Positions 1 through 8,054 of a stretch of 64,000 bases of DNA are shown here, one piece after another; within the stretch, counting starts at the first letter, position 1, and every line of letters starts with the position of its first letter. Source of the DNA: Bryobacterales bacterium (GTDB lineage Bacteria > Acidobacteriota > Terriglobia > Bryobacterales > Bryobacteraceae). The notes below the pieces were generated by a model, which saw only the letters and a program-made list of their open reading frames with translations, was not told where the DNA came from and did not search any database. Both the position numbers and the translations under genes were made by a program. The stretch covers positions 11,282 through 75,281 of the forward strand of contig CAVVZG010000031.1 in the NCBI GenBank assembly GCA_963752205.1. The letters are read 5' to 3'.

Positions 1-699
1 TTTTTCGGCGTACTCGGCATGGGTCAAATCCGCGAGCGTCTCTGGATCTTTTTCGATTAGTTCCAGGAACTGCATGTCCCAAGCAGTGTTGTTGAACCCG
101 GCCCTTTCGCCGTGCACCTGATGAGAAAGGCCGCCGGTTCCCAGGATCACTACCGAAAGATCTTCCGGATAACTCTCAATCGCTTTACGTAGTGACTGGC
201 CCAGCTTATAACAGCGCCGCGCGGAAGGAATCGGGAACAGCAGCACGCCCACCTGCAGGGGAACGATGGCTCCGGGCCATTGCGGCTCGTGCGGCCACAG
301 CATGGATAGCGGCGAAAAGCATCCGTGGTCCAATGCGCGATCTTGAAAGAAGGATAGATCGAATTCGTCGGCCACCAGCGCCGCGCCTACATGATGCGCC
401 AAGCCGGCGTGGCCCTGGATGGGAGGCAGCGCGCGTGGGCCACCGCCTTCGTCGGCTACCGCGTACGAGTTGCCGATGCCGAGCGCGAAGTGTGAATAGT
501 GATCGAAGAAAAACGAAGTGACGTGGTCGTTATGAATAACGAACAGGACGTCGGGCTTTTTCTCCGCGAGCCAGCGCCGCAAGGGCTCAAACGCTTCGAA
601 GACGGGCGCCCATGCGGGATCGTCCTGCTTTTGCCGGTCAAGCGCAAAGCCGATGGTGGGGGAATGCGAGCAGCCGATCGCTCCCAGAATTTTCGCCAT
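1..699 (-). CDS. Class III extradiol ring-cleavage dioxygenase, LigB family, gallate-dioxygenase-like (DesB/GalA type). N-terminal 233 codons only; the 3' end runs off the window.
   Basis: Absent from the ORF track because no stop lies inside the window. Hand translation of the minus strand from ATG (plus-strand CAT at 697-699) gives MAKILGAIGCSHSPTIGFALDRQKQDDPAWAPVFEAFEPLRRWLAEKKPDVLFVIHNDHVTSFFFDHYSHFALGIG...LDHGCFSPLS...GTGGLSHQVHGERAGFNNTAWDMQF, open to position 1. The motif pattern matches LigB-family gallate / protocatechuate-4,5-dioxygenases as I recall them. Confidence 0.8.
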   Translation of the reverse strand, partial: MAKILGAIGCSHSPTIGFALDRQKQDDPAWAPVFEAFEPLRRWLAEKKPDVLFVIHNDHVTSFFFDHYSHFALGIGNSYAVADEGGGPRALPPIQGHAGLAHHVGAALVADEFDLSFFQDRALDHGCFSPLSMLWPHEPQWPGAIVPLQVGVLLFPIPSARRCYKLGQSLRKAIESYPEDLSVVILGTGGLSHQVHGERAGFNNTAWDMQFLELIEKDPETLADLTHAEYAEK

Positions 700-723
700 G
701 AACTTCCTCCTCGCAGCACAAGT

Positions 724-3700
724 TTACTTCGCCAAGGCTGGCAGCGTAGTGAAGGTGTGCGCGACGGGGATGCGGATGCCGAGCGCGCCGATCTGCGCGC
801 CCGCGGGAGCGTCAAACTCAATGGTGCCGCGGATGCCGGCAGCGGACGGATATTTGTCGACCGCAAGCGTGAACGCCAAATGCCCATTTGCGGCCAGAGA
901 TATGGTGTCGGTAGCGATTTGCGTTCCCGCGTCGTTGCGCACCACTACCGGGATGTTTACGCCTTGCGCGGATACGCTGTTGATCGCGACACCGGTCGCC
1001 GTCTGGCTGGTGTTGTCGAAGGCCAATAAGTAAGCGCCGGCGTTGCGGCTTTCAAGCGGCACCACTGCCTCCTGGCCATTGGGATTGTAGCGGAAGATCA
1101 CGAAGCCTCCGACGTGTCCATTGGTGGTGAGCTGCGCCGAGCCTATTGTTGGCGCGGGATCGGAAAGCGGCGCGGCACTTTGCACGATCAACGACGCGCC
1201 GGCAGCGATGACTTGATTGACCGAGGGAGCCGTCGTAGTGGTCCCACTGCCGGATTGCGGGAACCCCAGGGGCAGTGACAGAGCTGCGCCACTATCGGCG
1301 AAGAAACTCAAGTTGGCTTGCGCCGCGGTTGTGCCCGTGTTCACCAGTACAAACGTAGTCTGCCAGCCGTTGCCGGTCGCGATGTGCGCGATGGAGCCTC
1401 CGCCGGTGCCCACGTTGGCCAGAGCCGGAATAGTGGTGAGGGTAGTCGTGGTTCCCAAAGGAGTGGTGCGGATGCCCAGCACGCTGATCTGTCCTCCAGC
1501 CGGTGTGTCGAACTCGATGGTGCCGCGTTTGCCAGTTGTCACGGGATAGAGCGTCGACAGCACAAACGAGTAATGGCCGTTGCCAGCAAGGAAAATGGTG
1601 GCTCCGGGCGTACCGATCATGGTTCCCGTGTCGTCGCGGATCACGATTGGAATAACGGCCGGCTGCGAGGAAACATTCTCAACGGCCACGCCGAGCACCA
1701 CGCCTGCTGTGTTGTCGAAAGCTAGCAAATAAGAACTGGCGTTGCGGGTTTCCAAAGGCACGACGGCCTCCTGCGCTCCCGGAATCAGATGGAAGATGGC
1801 GAAGCCGTCGACGGCGCCGGTAGCGGCGAGTTGCGCCGAACCCACCAGGACCGGCGGAGTCTGCGGACCCGCCGTGGTAATCACGAACGACGCATTGGCG
1901 GCGACCGTCTGGTCGAGCGACGACGCGAGAATCGGCGCGGCTGCCGGCGATTGTGGAAACACCAGGGGCAGCGTGAGCGCACCGCTCGGGTCACCGAATA
2001 AACTTAAGCGCGCGGTCGCCGAGGACGCGCTCTTATCGACCAACGTGAAGGTTGTCGTCCAGTTCTCCTCCGCCGCCATATGCGGCATGGAGCCGATGAA
2101 GCTCAGGCCGGGGAGCGCGAAGGCCTGCTGCTGAATGGCAAACGCAACGCCTCCGATGGTCAGATTCGCCACGCGAGCCGCGCCTGCATTCGGCAGCACC
2201 TGAAAAATGAAACTCCCGTTGCCGGTGCCGCTGCCCGTGGAGGCGATCACCCAAGCGGGCGCGCCGCTGGCGGTCCACGGGCAGCTTAGGGGAGCGGTAA
2301 CCGCAATGGTTCCGTTTCCGCCCGCCGCGGGGAATGCCTCGCCTCCATCGCCGAGCGAATAGGTGCAGTTGGCAGGCGACAGTGTGAAGTTCAAAGCCAC
2401 CAACGCCGTGGTGGATTGGTTCCAGGTCACGCGGACACTCCACACACCCGGGAACGAAGCGGCGGAGGTTCCGTTGATGTTCATAGCCTGTGAAAGACAA
2501 CCGCTGGCTGCTGCGATGGTGGTGGAGGCGTTAGAGTAAACGACGCTATCCGGGCGTATAAATTGAATTTGCGCGGTGTCTCCCACATTCGCTCCGCTGT
2601 ACTGAAAAAAAATGTACACCTGCGCCGATTGCGTGGTGAAGCTGGAAACCGACGGCGGCGGAACGCAGACCCCGTTCACGATGCCGCTGCCGGTAGACGT
2701 GACCTGGTTGCTCACCGTGACCTGCGGTGGGGGTGGTGAGGTAGTGCCACCGAGAGAATAGCCGATGACGTCGAGGACCAGGATCTCGGCCGTTGGTGAA
2801 ATGTTGACATTCGCGATTCCCGCGCAGACCGTCCCCTGCACCAGTTCCGGGCTGCAACTCGGCACCCAATCGCCGGCGTCATAGCCGTCGCTAATGTTGT
2901 AGTATTGCTGCAACATATGAACGCCGTCGATTGAAAAGCACGCATTCCCGGCGTTGGCGGTGCTGCACGAACTGTTGTTGCCGGGTGCGAAGCTGCGCAT
3001 GCCGTTGCTCTGATAGCGGTACAAGTCCGGCGCGGCGATACGGTTCGCGCCGCAGGTGCCGAAGGCGCACGACGCCGTGCCGATAATTTCGTCGGTCTCA
3101 TGCTGGACAGTGGTAAAGAAATCGAATTGCGAGGGTCCGATCGATCCGTTGCGAAAATAGTAATTTCCCGCGGATTGGATGTCGGCGCTCATGGTGATAA
3201 TGCCGTCGTAGCAGCCGGCCGTGCCGCCGGTACAGTTGCCGCCAGTGGAGGTCACCCCGCCGGAAGGCGTGAATCCCAGCGCCCGCATGCCGGGCAGCGT
3301 GAGAAGAACGCTATAAGCGGCGTTGATGGGATTGGTGGCGGGGACGCTGTCATTGAACGCAGTGGTATCGTTCGCGCTGCTGAGACCGCTCTGCAGCGCG
3401 CTGCGGAACGCGCTATAGGTGACCTCGTTAAACAAAAAATTGCTCTGGCCCGCGTCGTTGCTGCCGATATTGCCAAATGTAATATAAATACTGGCACTCA
3501 CATTCGTAAATGTGCCGGCATAAATCCCTGCAATCGTGGTATTCAGGGTGTTACAAACTCCCGCGACGGCGGTAACGCTGGGATCGCAGGTATAAGTGAT
3601 CCCGCTGGGAGCCGCGGCTCCGCTCGGCGTGGGCGGAAGGCCGGCGAGCGAGATCACGTGGCTCTCGCGCACAGCATGCTGGTTCTGACCCGCAATGGCC

Positions 3701-3792
3701 GCCCCCGCGGACGCCATCCTCACTTCGGTTGTCTGGGCACTGACGAAGGGGACGCAAATGAGTAGGAATGTGGTTATCCAGGCAATCATCAA
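724..3792 (-). CDS. Large secreted multidomain protein of unknown function: Cys-rich N-terminal domain, Ig/BACON-like segment, two tandem C-terminal repeat domains.
   Basis: 1022-aa ORF with signal peptide MMIAWITTFLLICVPFVSAQT. The N-terminal domain has many Cys and a QHETDEIIG (HExxE-like) motif. aa 473-555 (CTYSL...CPWTA...GNGSFIFQV...RVANLTIGG..F.IQQ) resembles BACON/Ig-like binding modules. aa 565-793 and 799-1022 are paralogous repeats. Confidence 0.8.
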   Translation of the reverse strand: MMIAWITTFLLICVPFVSAQTTEVRMASAGAAIAGQNQHAVRESHVISLAGLPPTPSGAAAPSGITYTCDPSVTAVAGVCNTLNTTIAGIYAGTFTNVSASIYITFGNIGSNDAGQSNFLFNEVTYSAFRSALQSGLSSANDTTAFNDSVPATNPINAAYSVLLTLPGMRALGFTPSGGVTSTGGNCTGGTAGCYDGIITMSADIQSAGNYYFRNGSIGPSQFDFFTTVQHETDEIIGTASCAFGTCGANRIAAPDLYRYQSNGMRSFAPGNNSSCSTANAGNACFSIDGVHMLQQYYNISDGYDAGDWVPSCSPELVQGTVCAGIANVNISPTAEILVLDVIGYSLGGTTSPPPPQVTVSNQVTSTGSGIVNGVCVPPPSVSSFTTQSAQVYIFFQYSGANVGDTAQIQFIRPDSVVYSNASTTIAAASGCLSQAMNINGTSAASFPGVWSVRVTWNQSTTALVALNFTLSPANCTYSLGDGGEAFPAAGGNGTIAVTAPLSCPWTASGAPAWVIASTGSGTGNGSFIFQVLPNAGAARVANLTIGGVAFAIQQQAFALPGLSFIGSMPHMAAEENWTTTFTLVDKSASSATARLSLFGDPSGALTLPLVFPQSPAAAPILASSLDQTVAANASFVITTAGPQTPPVLVGSAQLAATGAVDGFAIFHLIPGAQEAVVPLETRNASSYLLAFDNTAGVVLGVAVENVSSQPAVIPIVIRDDTGTMIGTPGATIFLAGNGHYSFVLSTLYPVTTGKRGTIEFDTPAGGQISVLGIRTTPLGTTTTLTTIPALANVGTGGGSIAHIATGNGWQTTFVLVNTGTTAAQANLSFFADSGAALSLPLGFPQSGSGTTTTAPSVNQVIAAGASLIVQSAAPLSDPAPTIGSAQLTTNGHVGGFVIFRYNPNGQEAVVPLESRNAGAYLLAFDNTSQTATGVAINSVSAQGVNIPVVVRNDAGTQIATDTISLAANGHLAFTLAVDKYPSAAGIRGTIEFDAPAGAQIGALGIRIPVAHTFTTLPALAK
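727..1398 (-). repeat. C-terminal repeat 2 (aa 799-1022) of the 1022-aa secreted protein.
   Basis: GWQTTFVLVNTG...LSLPLGFPQS...GSAQLTTNGHVGGFVIFRYNPNGQEAVVPLESRNAGAYLLAFDNT...RGTIEFDAPAGAQIGALGIR aligns colinearly with repeat 1, roughly half of positions identical by eye. Confidence 0.8.
1414..2100 (-). repeat. C-terminal repeat 1 (aa 565-793) of the 1022-aa secreted protein.
   Basis: NWTTTFTLVDKS...LTLPLVFPQS...GSAQLAATGAVDGFAIFHLIPGAQEAVVPLETRNASSYLLAFDNT...RGTIEFDTPAGGQISVLGIR, a tandem duplicate of the following domain. Confidence 0.8.
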
Positions 3793-3951
3793 ACACCACC
3801 AAGCGGAACCTCAGAATATCCGCTCTTCTAATATTTTGCAATCAGCGATTCTCATTATTCGAACGCGGATAGAGGGCCCAAACACCTGAGCTAGGGTCCG
3901 GTTACACTGAGAGAATCCTGAAGGGTGCCAAACCTTGATATAGGAGGCTGT

Positions 3952-4410
3952 ATGGAAGCGATCATTTCAGATCTGTTGAACCGTTTCGAGAAGGGAGCGC
4001 TCTCGCGGCGGGGATTGATTCAGGGGCTGGCGATGCTGACGGCGGCAGGCGCCCAAGCCCAAGACACGGCGATCAAGCCCGTCAAGATCGATCATGTGAG
4101 CATTCAGGTGACCGACCTGCCGCGGTCGATTGCCTTTTACCAGAAGATATTTGGATTTACCGTCGTGAGCGAGGACAAGCCCAACGAAATCGTGCGGCTG
4201 GGCGCGGCCGGGAAGGTGTTGGTGTCGCTGCACCATAAGAGTCCCACGGGCCTGGTGGATCACTATGCGATCGGCGTTGAGAAGTTCAATAAGGAAGCTG
4301 TGACGCGCGAATTGAAGGAGCGCGGAGCGACTCCGGAAGAGAATCTGGATGCCGGATTTCACATCAAAGATCCCGAAGGAATGCGGGTTCAGATTGTCGG
4401 GCCAGCTTAA
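3952..4410 (+). CDS. VOC-family (glyoxalase / bleomycin resistance / extradiol dioxygenase fold) protein with a Tat-type signal.
   Basis: ORF 3925..4410. Start moved to ATG 3952, preceded by AGGAGG (3942-3947). Signal LSRRGLIQGLAMLTAAGAQA. VOC motifs IDHVSIQVTDL, FYQKIFGF, DHYAIGV, GFHIKDPEGMRVQI. Confidence 0.8.
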   Translation: MEAIISDLLNRFEKGALSRRGLIQGLAMLTAAGAQAQDTAIKPVKIDHVSIQVTDLPRSIAFYQKIFGFTVVSEDKPNEIVRLGAAGKVLVSLHHKSPTGLVDHYAIGVEKFNKEAVTRELKERGATPEENLDAGFHIKDPEGMRVQIVGPA

Positions 4411-4414
4411 CTCG

Positions 4415-4741
4415 TTAGTGGTTCAAAATCGGAATACTTTTCGACGCCGGCGGGGCGGGGATGCTTTGCAGGAACGCGTAGATGTCGGCGAGTTCCTGGT
4501 CCTTCACCACTTTGCTGGTGTACGGCGGCATTTCGCCCTTGGGGTTACGCACGTAGCGGCTGAATGCCGCGAAGGGAATCGGGTTCGGCGCCAGGCGCGC
4601 TCCGGCTCCCCCTTTCGCGTCGTGATCGTGGCACTGATAGCAACCATAGGCGTCGAAGATTTTCTTGCCGTTGGCGGCGTTGCCCGCGGGAGTTTGCGCT
4701 TCCAACACGCAGGCCATCGCGAGAAATATGAAGTAGCGCAT
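4415..4741 (-). CDS. Small periplasmic class I c-type cytochrome.
   Basis: 108-aa ORF with a signal peptide, a single CYQCH heme-binding site and a distal Met (KGEMPPY). Its start lies 8 nt after the stop of the upstream TPP-enzyme gene. Confidence 0.85.
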   Translation of the reverse strand: MRYFIFLAMACVLEAQTPAGNAANGKKIFDAYGCYQCHDHDAKGGAGARLAPNPIPFAAFSRYVRNPKGEMPPYTSKVVKDQELADIYAFLQSIPAPPASKSIPILNH

Positions 4742-4749
4742 GTTGGCCT

Positions 4750-6654
4750 CTAACGCGGTTGCGTGACGACGTCCACCAGGGCCGGTCCGCCGCTACGTTC
4801 CACCGCGTCGAGCGCGCGACGGATTGCCGGACCAAGATCCTTGGCTTCGGTGATAGGGCCTTCGCCATACACGCCCAGGCCGCGGACCATAGTGGCGAAA
4901 TCGATGTTGGGATCTGTGATGGTAGTGCCGATGCCGGCGTTCTCGATGCCACGCTGGTGACGGTTAGCCATGCGCTGGACGTGCATCACTTCCTGGTGAT
5001 ACGCGCGATTGTTGTGCATCACACTGAGCAAAGGGATACGGTGATGGGCCGCGGTCCACAAGGCCCCGGGAGCGTACATGAGATCGCCGTCAGTCTGGAT
5101 CGCCACGGATAGCCGTCCATGCTTGCGGTTGGCAAGGGCTCCGCCGACGGAGCCCGGCGCGGTGTAGCCGACACCTGCCGCGCCGCCGCCGCCGGCAGTA
5201 CGATAAATCTTGTCGACGTTCCACAGACGCGAAGCGCCTCCGCCGACCAACGACCAATCTTTCGCGCGGATCACTTCGTACAGCTCAGCTTGTAGGCGGG
5301 CGAGGCTGATGGGGCTCGAATCCCATCCATACGTGGCTTCGTCCCGCGCGCGCTGCATGCCTTGTTCGTGCGCCGCCGCCAACTTCTTGCCGCGGTCTTC
5401 GAAGGCGCGCTTGCGATCGGCCGTGAGCAGGCGTTTGCAGGCTTCGATCAGGTAGGGAAGCGTGGCCTCCGCGTCGGCCACGATAGAGATCTCGGTTTCC
5501 GGGTAGCGCTGGAAATATTGGTAATTGCTCTTCATGCCCAGTTCGAGGGCGGAGATGCTGACTACCTTAGTGGTCGGCTTGATGAACGTTTGCGTGGAGC
5601 GATGCAACTGATCGCGTACGGTGTTGACGGTTCCCCACAAGTCCGGCACTTCGAGGCCGACAATGAGGTCCGCATTGGCGATCAGCGCTCGGCCACCGGC
5701 CTGGCTGAGCGGATGATGGTTGGGAAACTTTCCGCCCACAACGGGAGCTTGCAGCGTTTCGGCGAGTTCGACCAGCAACGCTTGGCCCGCTTCGGTGCGC
5801 ACACAGCGGTCGGCGAAAATGACGGGATTTTCGGCATCGACCAGCAGCTTCGCCACCGCAGCCACGGAAGCGGAATCGCCGGCGGGCGGGCCAGACGCCG
5901 TGTATTTCGGGATGTGCAATTTTAGATTCGCTTCGACCGGCGTCTCTTGCAGATCGCTATCGGCGACCAGGATCACCGGTCCCATGGGCGGGGTGACGGC
6001 CAACTTGTAAGCGCGCACGGCGGATTCGGCGAAGTGCGGCAGCGAGATCGGCAGATCGTCCCACTTGGAATAATCGCGCACCATGGCGACGGCGTCCTGG
6101 GCGCTGTGATACCACTCGATCAGCGGCCGGCGCGCGGTGGCGTCAATCGTGTTGCCCAAAATAATAAACGCGGGCGAGCGTCCCGCGTAGGCGTTATAAA
6201 TCGCCATCGCGGCATGCTGCAGCCCGACGGTACTGTGCGCCATCACCGCCAATGGCTTGCCGTCGATCTTGGCATAGCCGTCGGCCATCGCAACCGACTG
6301 TTCTTCGTGGCAGCAAGTGATCAGCTCCGGCGCTTTGTTGCCGCCGTAATTGATGATGGACTCGTGCAGCGCGCGGAAACTCGATCCCGGGTTGGCGCAG
6401 ATATATTCGAAGCCGAGCGACTTCAGCACATCGACCATGAAGTCCGAACCTGGGCGGTCTGCGGTTAAGACTTCGACGTCTGTCGCGACGGGTTCTGTTT
6501 CTTTAGCCAGCGCCGTGGCGGACGGCACGGCCACATTGCGGCGGGTTTCGGGAGCTTGCGCTTTCGCGGGGGACTGGGTCACCAGCGCCGCCGCGCCTGC
6601 AGCGGCGCCCTTCAAAAAGCCGCGCCGCCCCGAGGGATTCTTCGACTTCGCCAT
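4750..6654 (-). CDS. Thiamine-pyrophosphate-dependent enzyme (acetolactate synthase / pyruvate oxidase superfamily) with a twin-arginine export signal.
   Basis: ORF 4750..6735. Start moved to M28 (ATG 6654), giving MAKSKNPSGRRGFLKGAAAGAAAL (SRRxFLK-type Tat motif), 1 nt after the upstream stop (6656-6658). Three-domain TPP-enzyme layout. TPP-binding motif IQTDGDLMY...(x)...VMHNNRAY. Confidence 0.85.
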   Translation of the reverse strand: MAKSKNPSGRRGFLKGAAAGAAALVTQSPAKAQAPETRRNVAVPSATALAKETEPVATDVEVLTADRPGSDFMVDVLKSLGFEYICANPGSSFRALHESIINYGGNKAPELITCCHEEQSVAMADGYAKIDGKPLAVMAHSTVGLQHAAMAIYNAYAGRSPAFIILGNTIDATARRPLIEWYHSAQDAVAMVRDYSKWDDLPISLPHFAESAVRAYKLAVTPPMGPVILVADSDLQETPVEANLKLHIPKYTASGPPAGDSASVAAVAKLLVDAENPVIFADRCVRTEAGQALLVELAETLQAPVVGGKFPNHHPLSQAGGRALIANADLIVGLEVPDLWGTVNTVRDQLHRSTQTFIKPTTKVVSISALELGMKSNYQYFQRYPETEISIVADAEATLPYLIEACKRLLTADRKRAFEDRGKKLAAAHEQGMQRARDEATYGWDSSPISLARLQAELYEVIRAKDWSLVGGGASRLWNVDKIYRTAGGGGAAGVGYTAPGSVGGALANRKHGRLSVAIQTDGDLMYAPGALWTAAHHRIPLLSVMHNNRAYHQEVMHVQRMANRHQRGIENAGIGTTITDPNIDFATMVRGLGVYGEGPITEAKDLGPAIRRALDAVERSGGPALVDVVTQPR

Positions 6655-6655
6655 G

Positions 6656-8053
6656 CTAACCGCCCCCTCCCACTTGCAGATACTTGCTGTGAACGATGGT
6701 CTTCGGGTCTGCATCCTTTCCCACCACCACACCATAGAACGGGTTCATCATTTCTTCCCACGTCATGGTGCCGTAGTACACGGTCTTGTTGGGATTGGGA
6801 TTGAACTTATTGTTCACCGAGTTGTCGAAATGCGCGTCGACGTGGAGGACGGTTCCCTTCGGGACCTTGATCGACGTGTTGTAGCCGAGTTGCCAGTTGA
6901 AGTCGTAATGCGGGACGCTCAAGATGGTCTTTTTGGTTCCGTCCGGATATTCCAGAATGTACGTCATGTCCTTGCCACGGAAATGCATGTGCGGCATCAA
7001 GTACACCAGTTCGGCATCCTGCAGGAACGTGACTTCAGCAGGTGGACTCAGCCAGTTGGGATCGTTCGGTGGAATCGCGAAGCGCTTGGCGTCAGTGGGC
7101 GAAGTCGTTAGGAACGAAACATAGCGGCGCTCCGGCGCCCTGTCGAGAACCGTGAAGCCCACCTTCACGTGATCGGTCACGGCGGTTCCATTGGGCGTGT
7201 AGTGCAAGTTGAAAGTGATATCCGATCCGGCGGGGATCAGCTTGGCGGCGTTGATGGCGCGATAGTCGGCGGCGAAGTTGCCGGGAAGGTAGCAATCCTC
7301 AGCGCCTCCCGGAGGCTGTGAGCCTCCACTTTGCCCCAAGCCGCGCGGGCCTCCGGCGACGGGACTGCCGTCGTTACTGCGCGGCGTACCACCGCCCAGG
7401 AAGGTCGGACCCTTTTCAGGACGCGCGGAGCCTTCTTCGTCGCGCTCCTTGTCGGCCCAGTAGGCGACGCCATATTTGTAGTTCGGGTTGTGCGGTAAAT
7501 AGCCGATGCAGATGTGATGCGTGACCGCGGGGAACTCGGGCTTGATCTGCACCGAGGTCACCCAAGTGTCCTTAGTGAAACCCGTCGGCATGATCACCGT
7601 GATCCATTCGACCACATTGTTTTTTGGACGGGCAGGCACATCGGTGACCGGCCCATCGACAATGATGTCCGGTTTGATGGCCCAGCCTTCCGGCCACACA
7701 ACGGCCACGGGGGCGTCCTTCGCGTCACCCTCGGGTGCGCCGGCATCCGCCCACTGCGCGATGGTATCGATCTCGTTCTGTTTGAGCGAACGGTCGTTCA
7801 GATACGGGCCATGCTGGGGATCGGCAAACCAGGGCGGCATCTTGCGCGCGAGCACCGCGGCCTTCATCGCCTTCGCCCACGGGCGAACGTTTTGATAGGT
7901 GAGAAACGACATCGGCGCGACTTGCCCGGGTCGATGGCAGGTCTGGCAATTTCTCTGCAGAATCGGCTCGACGTCTTTGTGAAATGTGACCGGCGCATCG
8001 GCGGCGAGAGCTGCGGAAGCCATGGTCAATGCGAATAAGGCAAGCAGGCGCAT
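6656..8053 (-). CDS. Heme-c-fused copper type II monooxygenase-like protein (PHM/DBH fold).
   Basis: 465-aa ORF with signal peptide MRLLALFALTMASAALA. CQTCH at aa 36-40. Candidate copper ligands: HH179-180 (AVTHHICIGY), H284 (FNLHYTPNG), H355-x-H357 (LMPHMHFRGKDM), M430/M435 (GTMTWEEMM). The spacings (about 70 aa between the last three) mirror the CuH/CuM sites of peptidylglycine alpha-hydroxylating monooxygenase, as recalled. Confidence 0.7.
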   Translation of the reverse strand: MRLLALFALTMASAALAADAPVTFHKDVEPILQRNCQTCHRPGQVAPMSFLTYQNVRPWAKAMKAAVLARKMPPWFADPQHGPYLNDRSLKQNEIDTIAQWADAGAPEGDAKDAPVAVVWPEGWAIKPDIIVDGPVTDVPARPKNNVVEWITVIMPTGFTKDTWVTSVQIKPEFPAVTHHICIGYLPHNPNYKYGVAYWADKERDEEGSARPEKGPTFLGGGTPRSNDGSPVAGGPRGLGQSGGSQPPGGAEDCYLPGNFAADYRAINAAKLIPAGSDITFNLHYTPNGTAVTDHVKVGFTVLDRAPERRYVSFLTTSPTDAKRFAIPPNDPNWLSPPAEVTFLQDAELVYLMPHMHFRGKDMTYILEYPDGTKKTILSVPHYDFNWQLGYNTSIKVPKGTVLHVDAHFDNSVNNKFNPNPNKTVYYGTMTWEEMMNPFYGVVVGKDADPKTIVHSKYLQVGGGG

Positions 8054-8054
8054 A

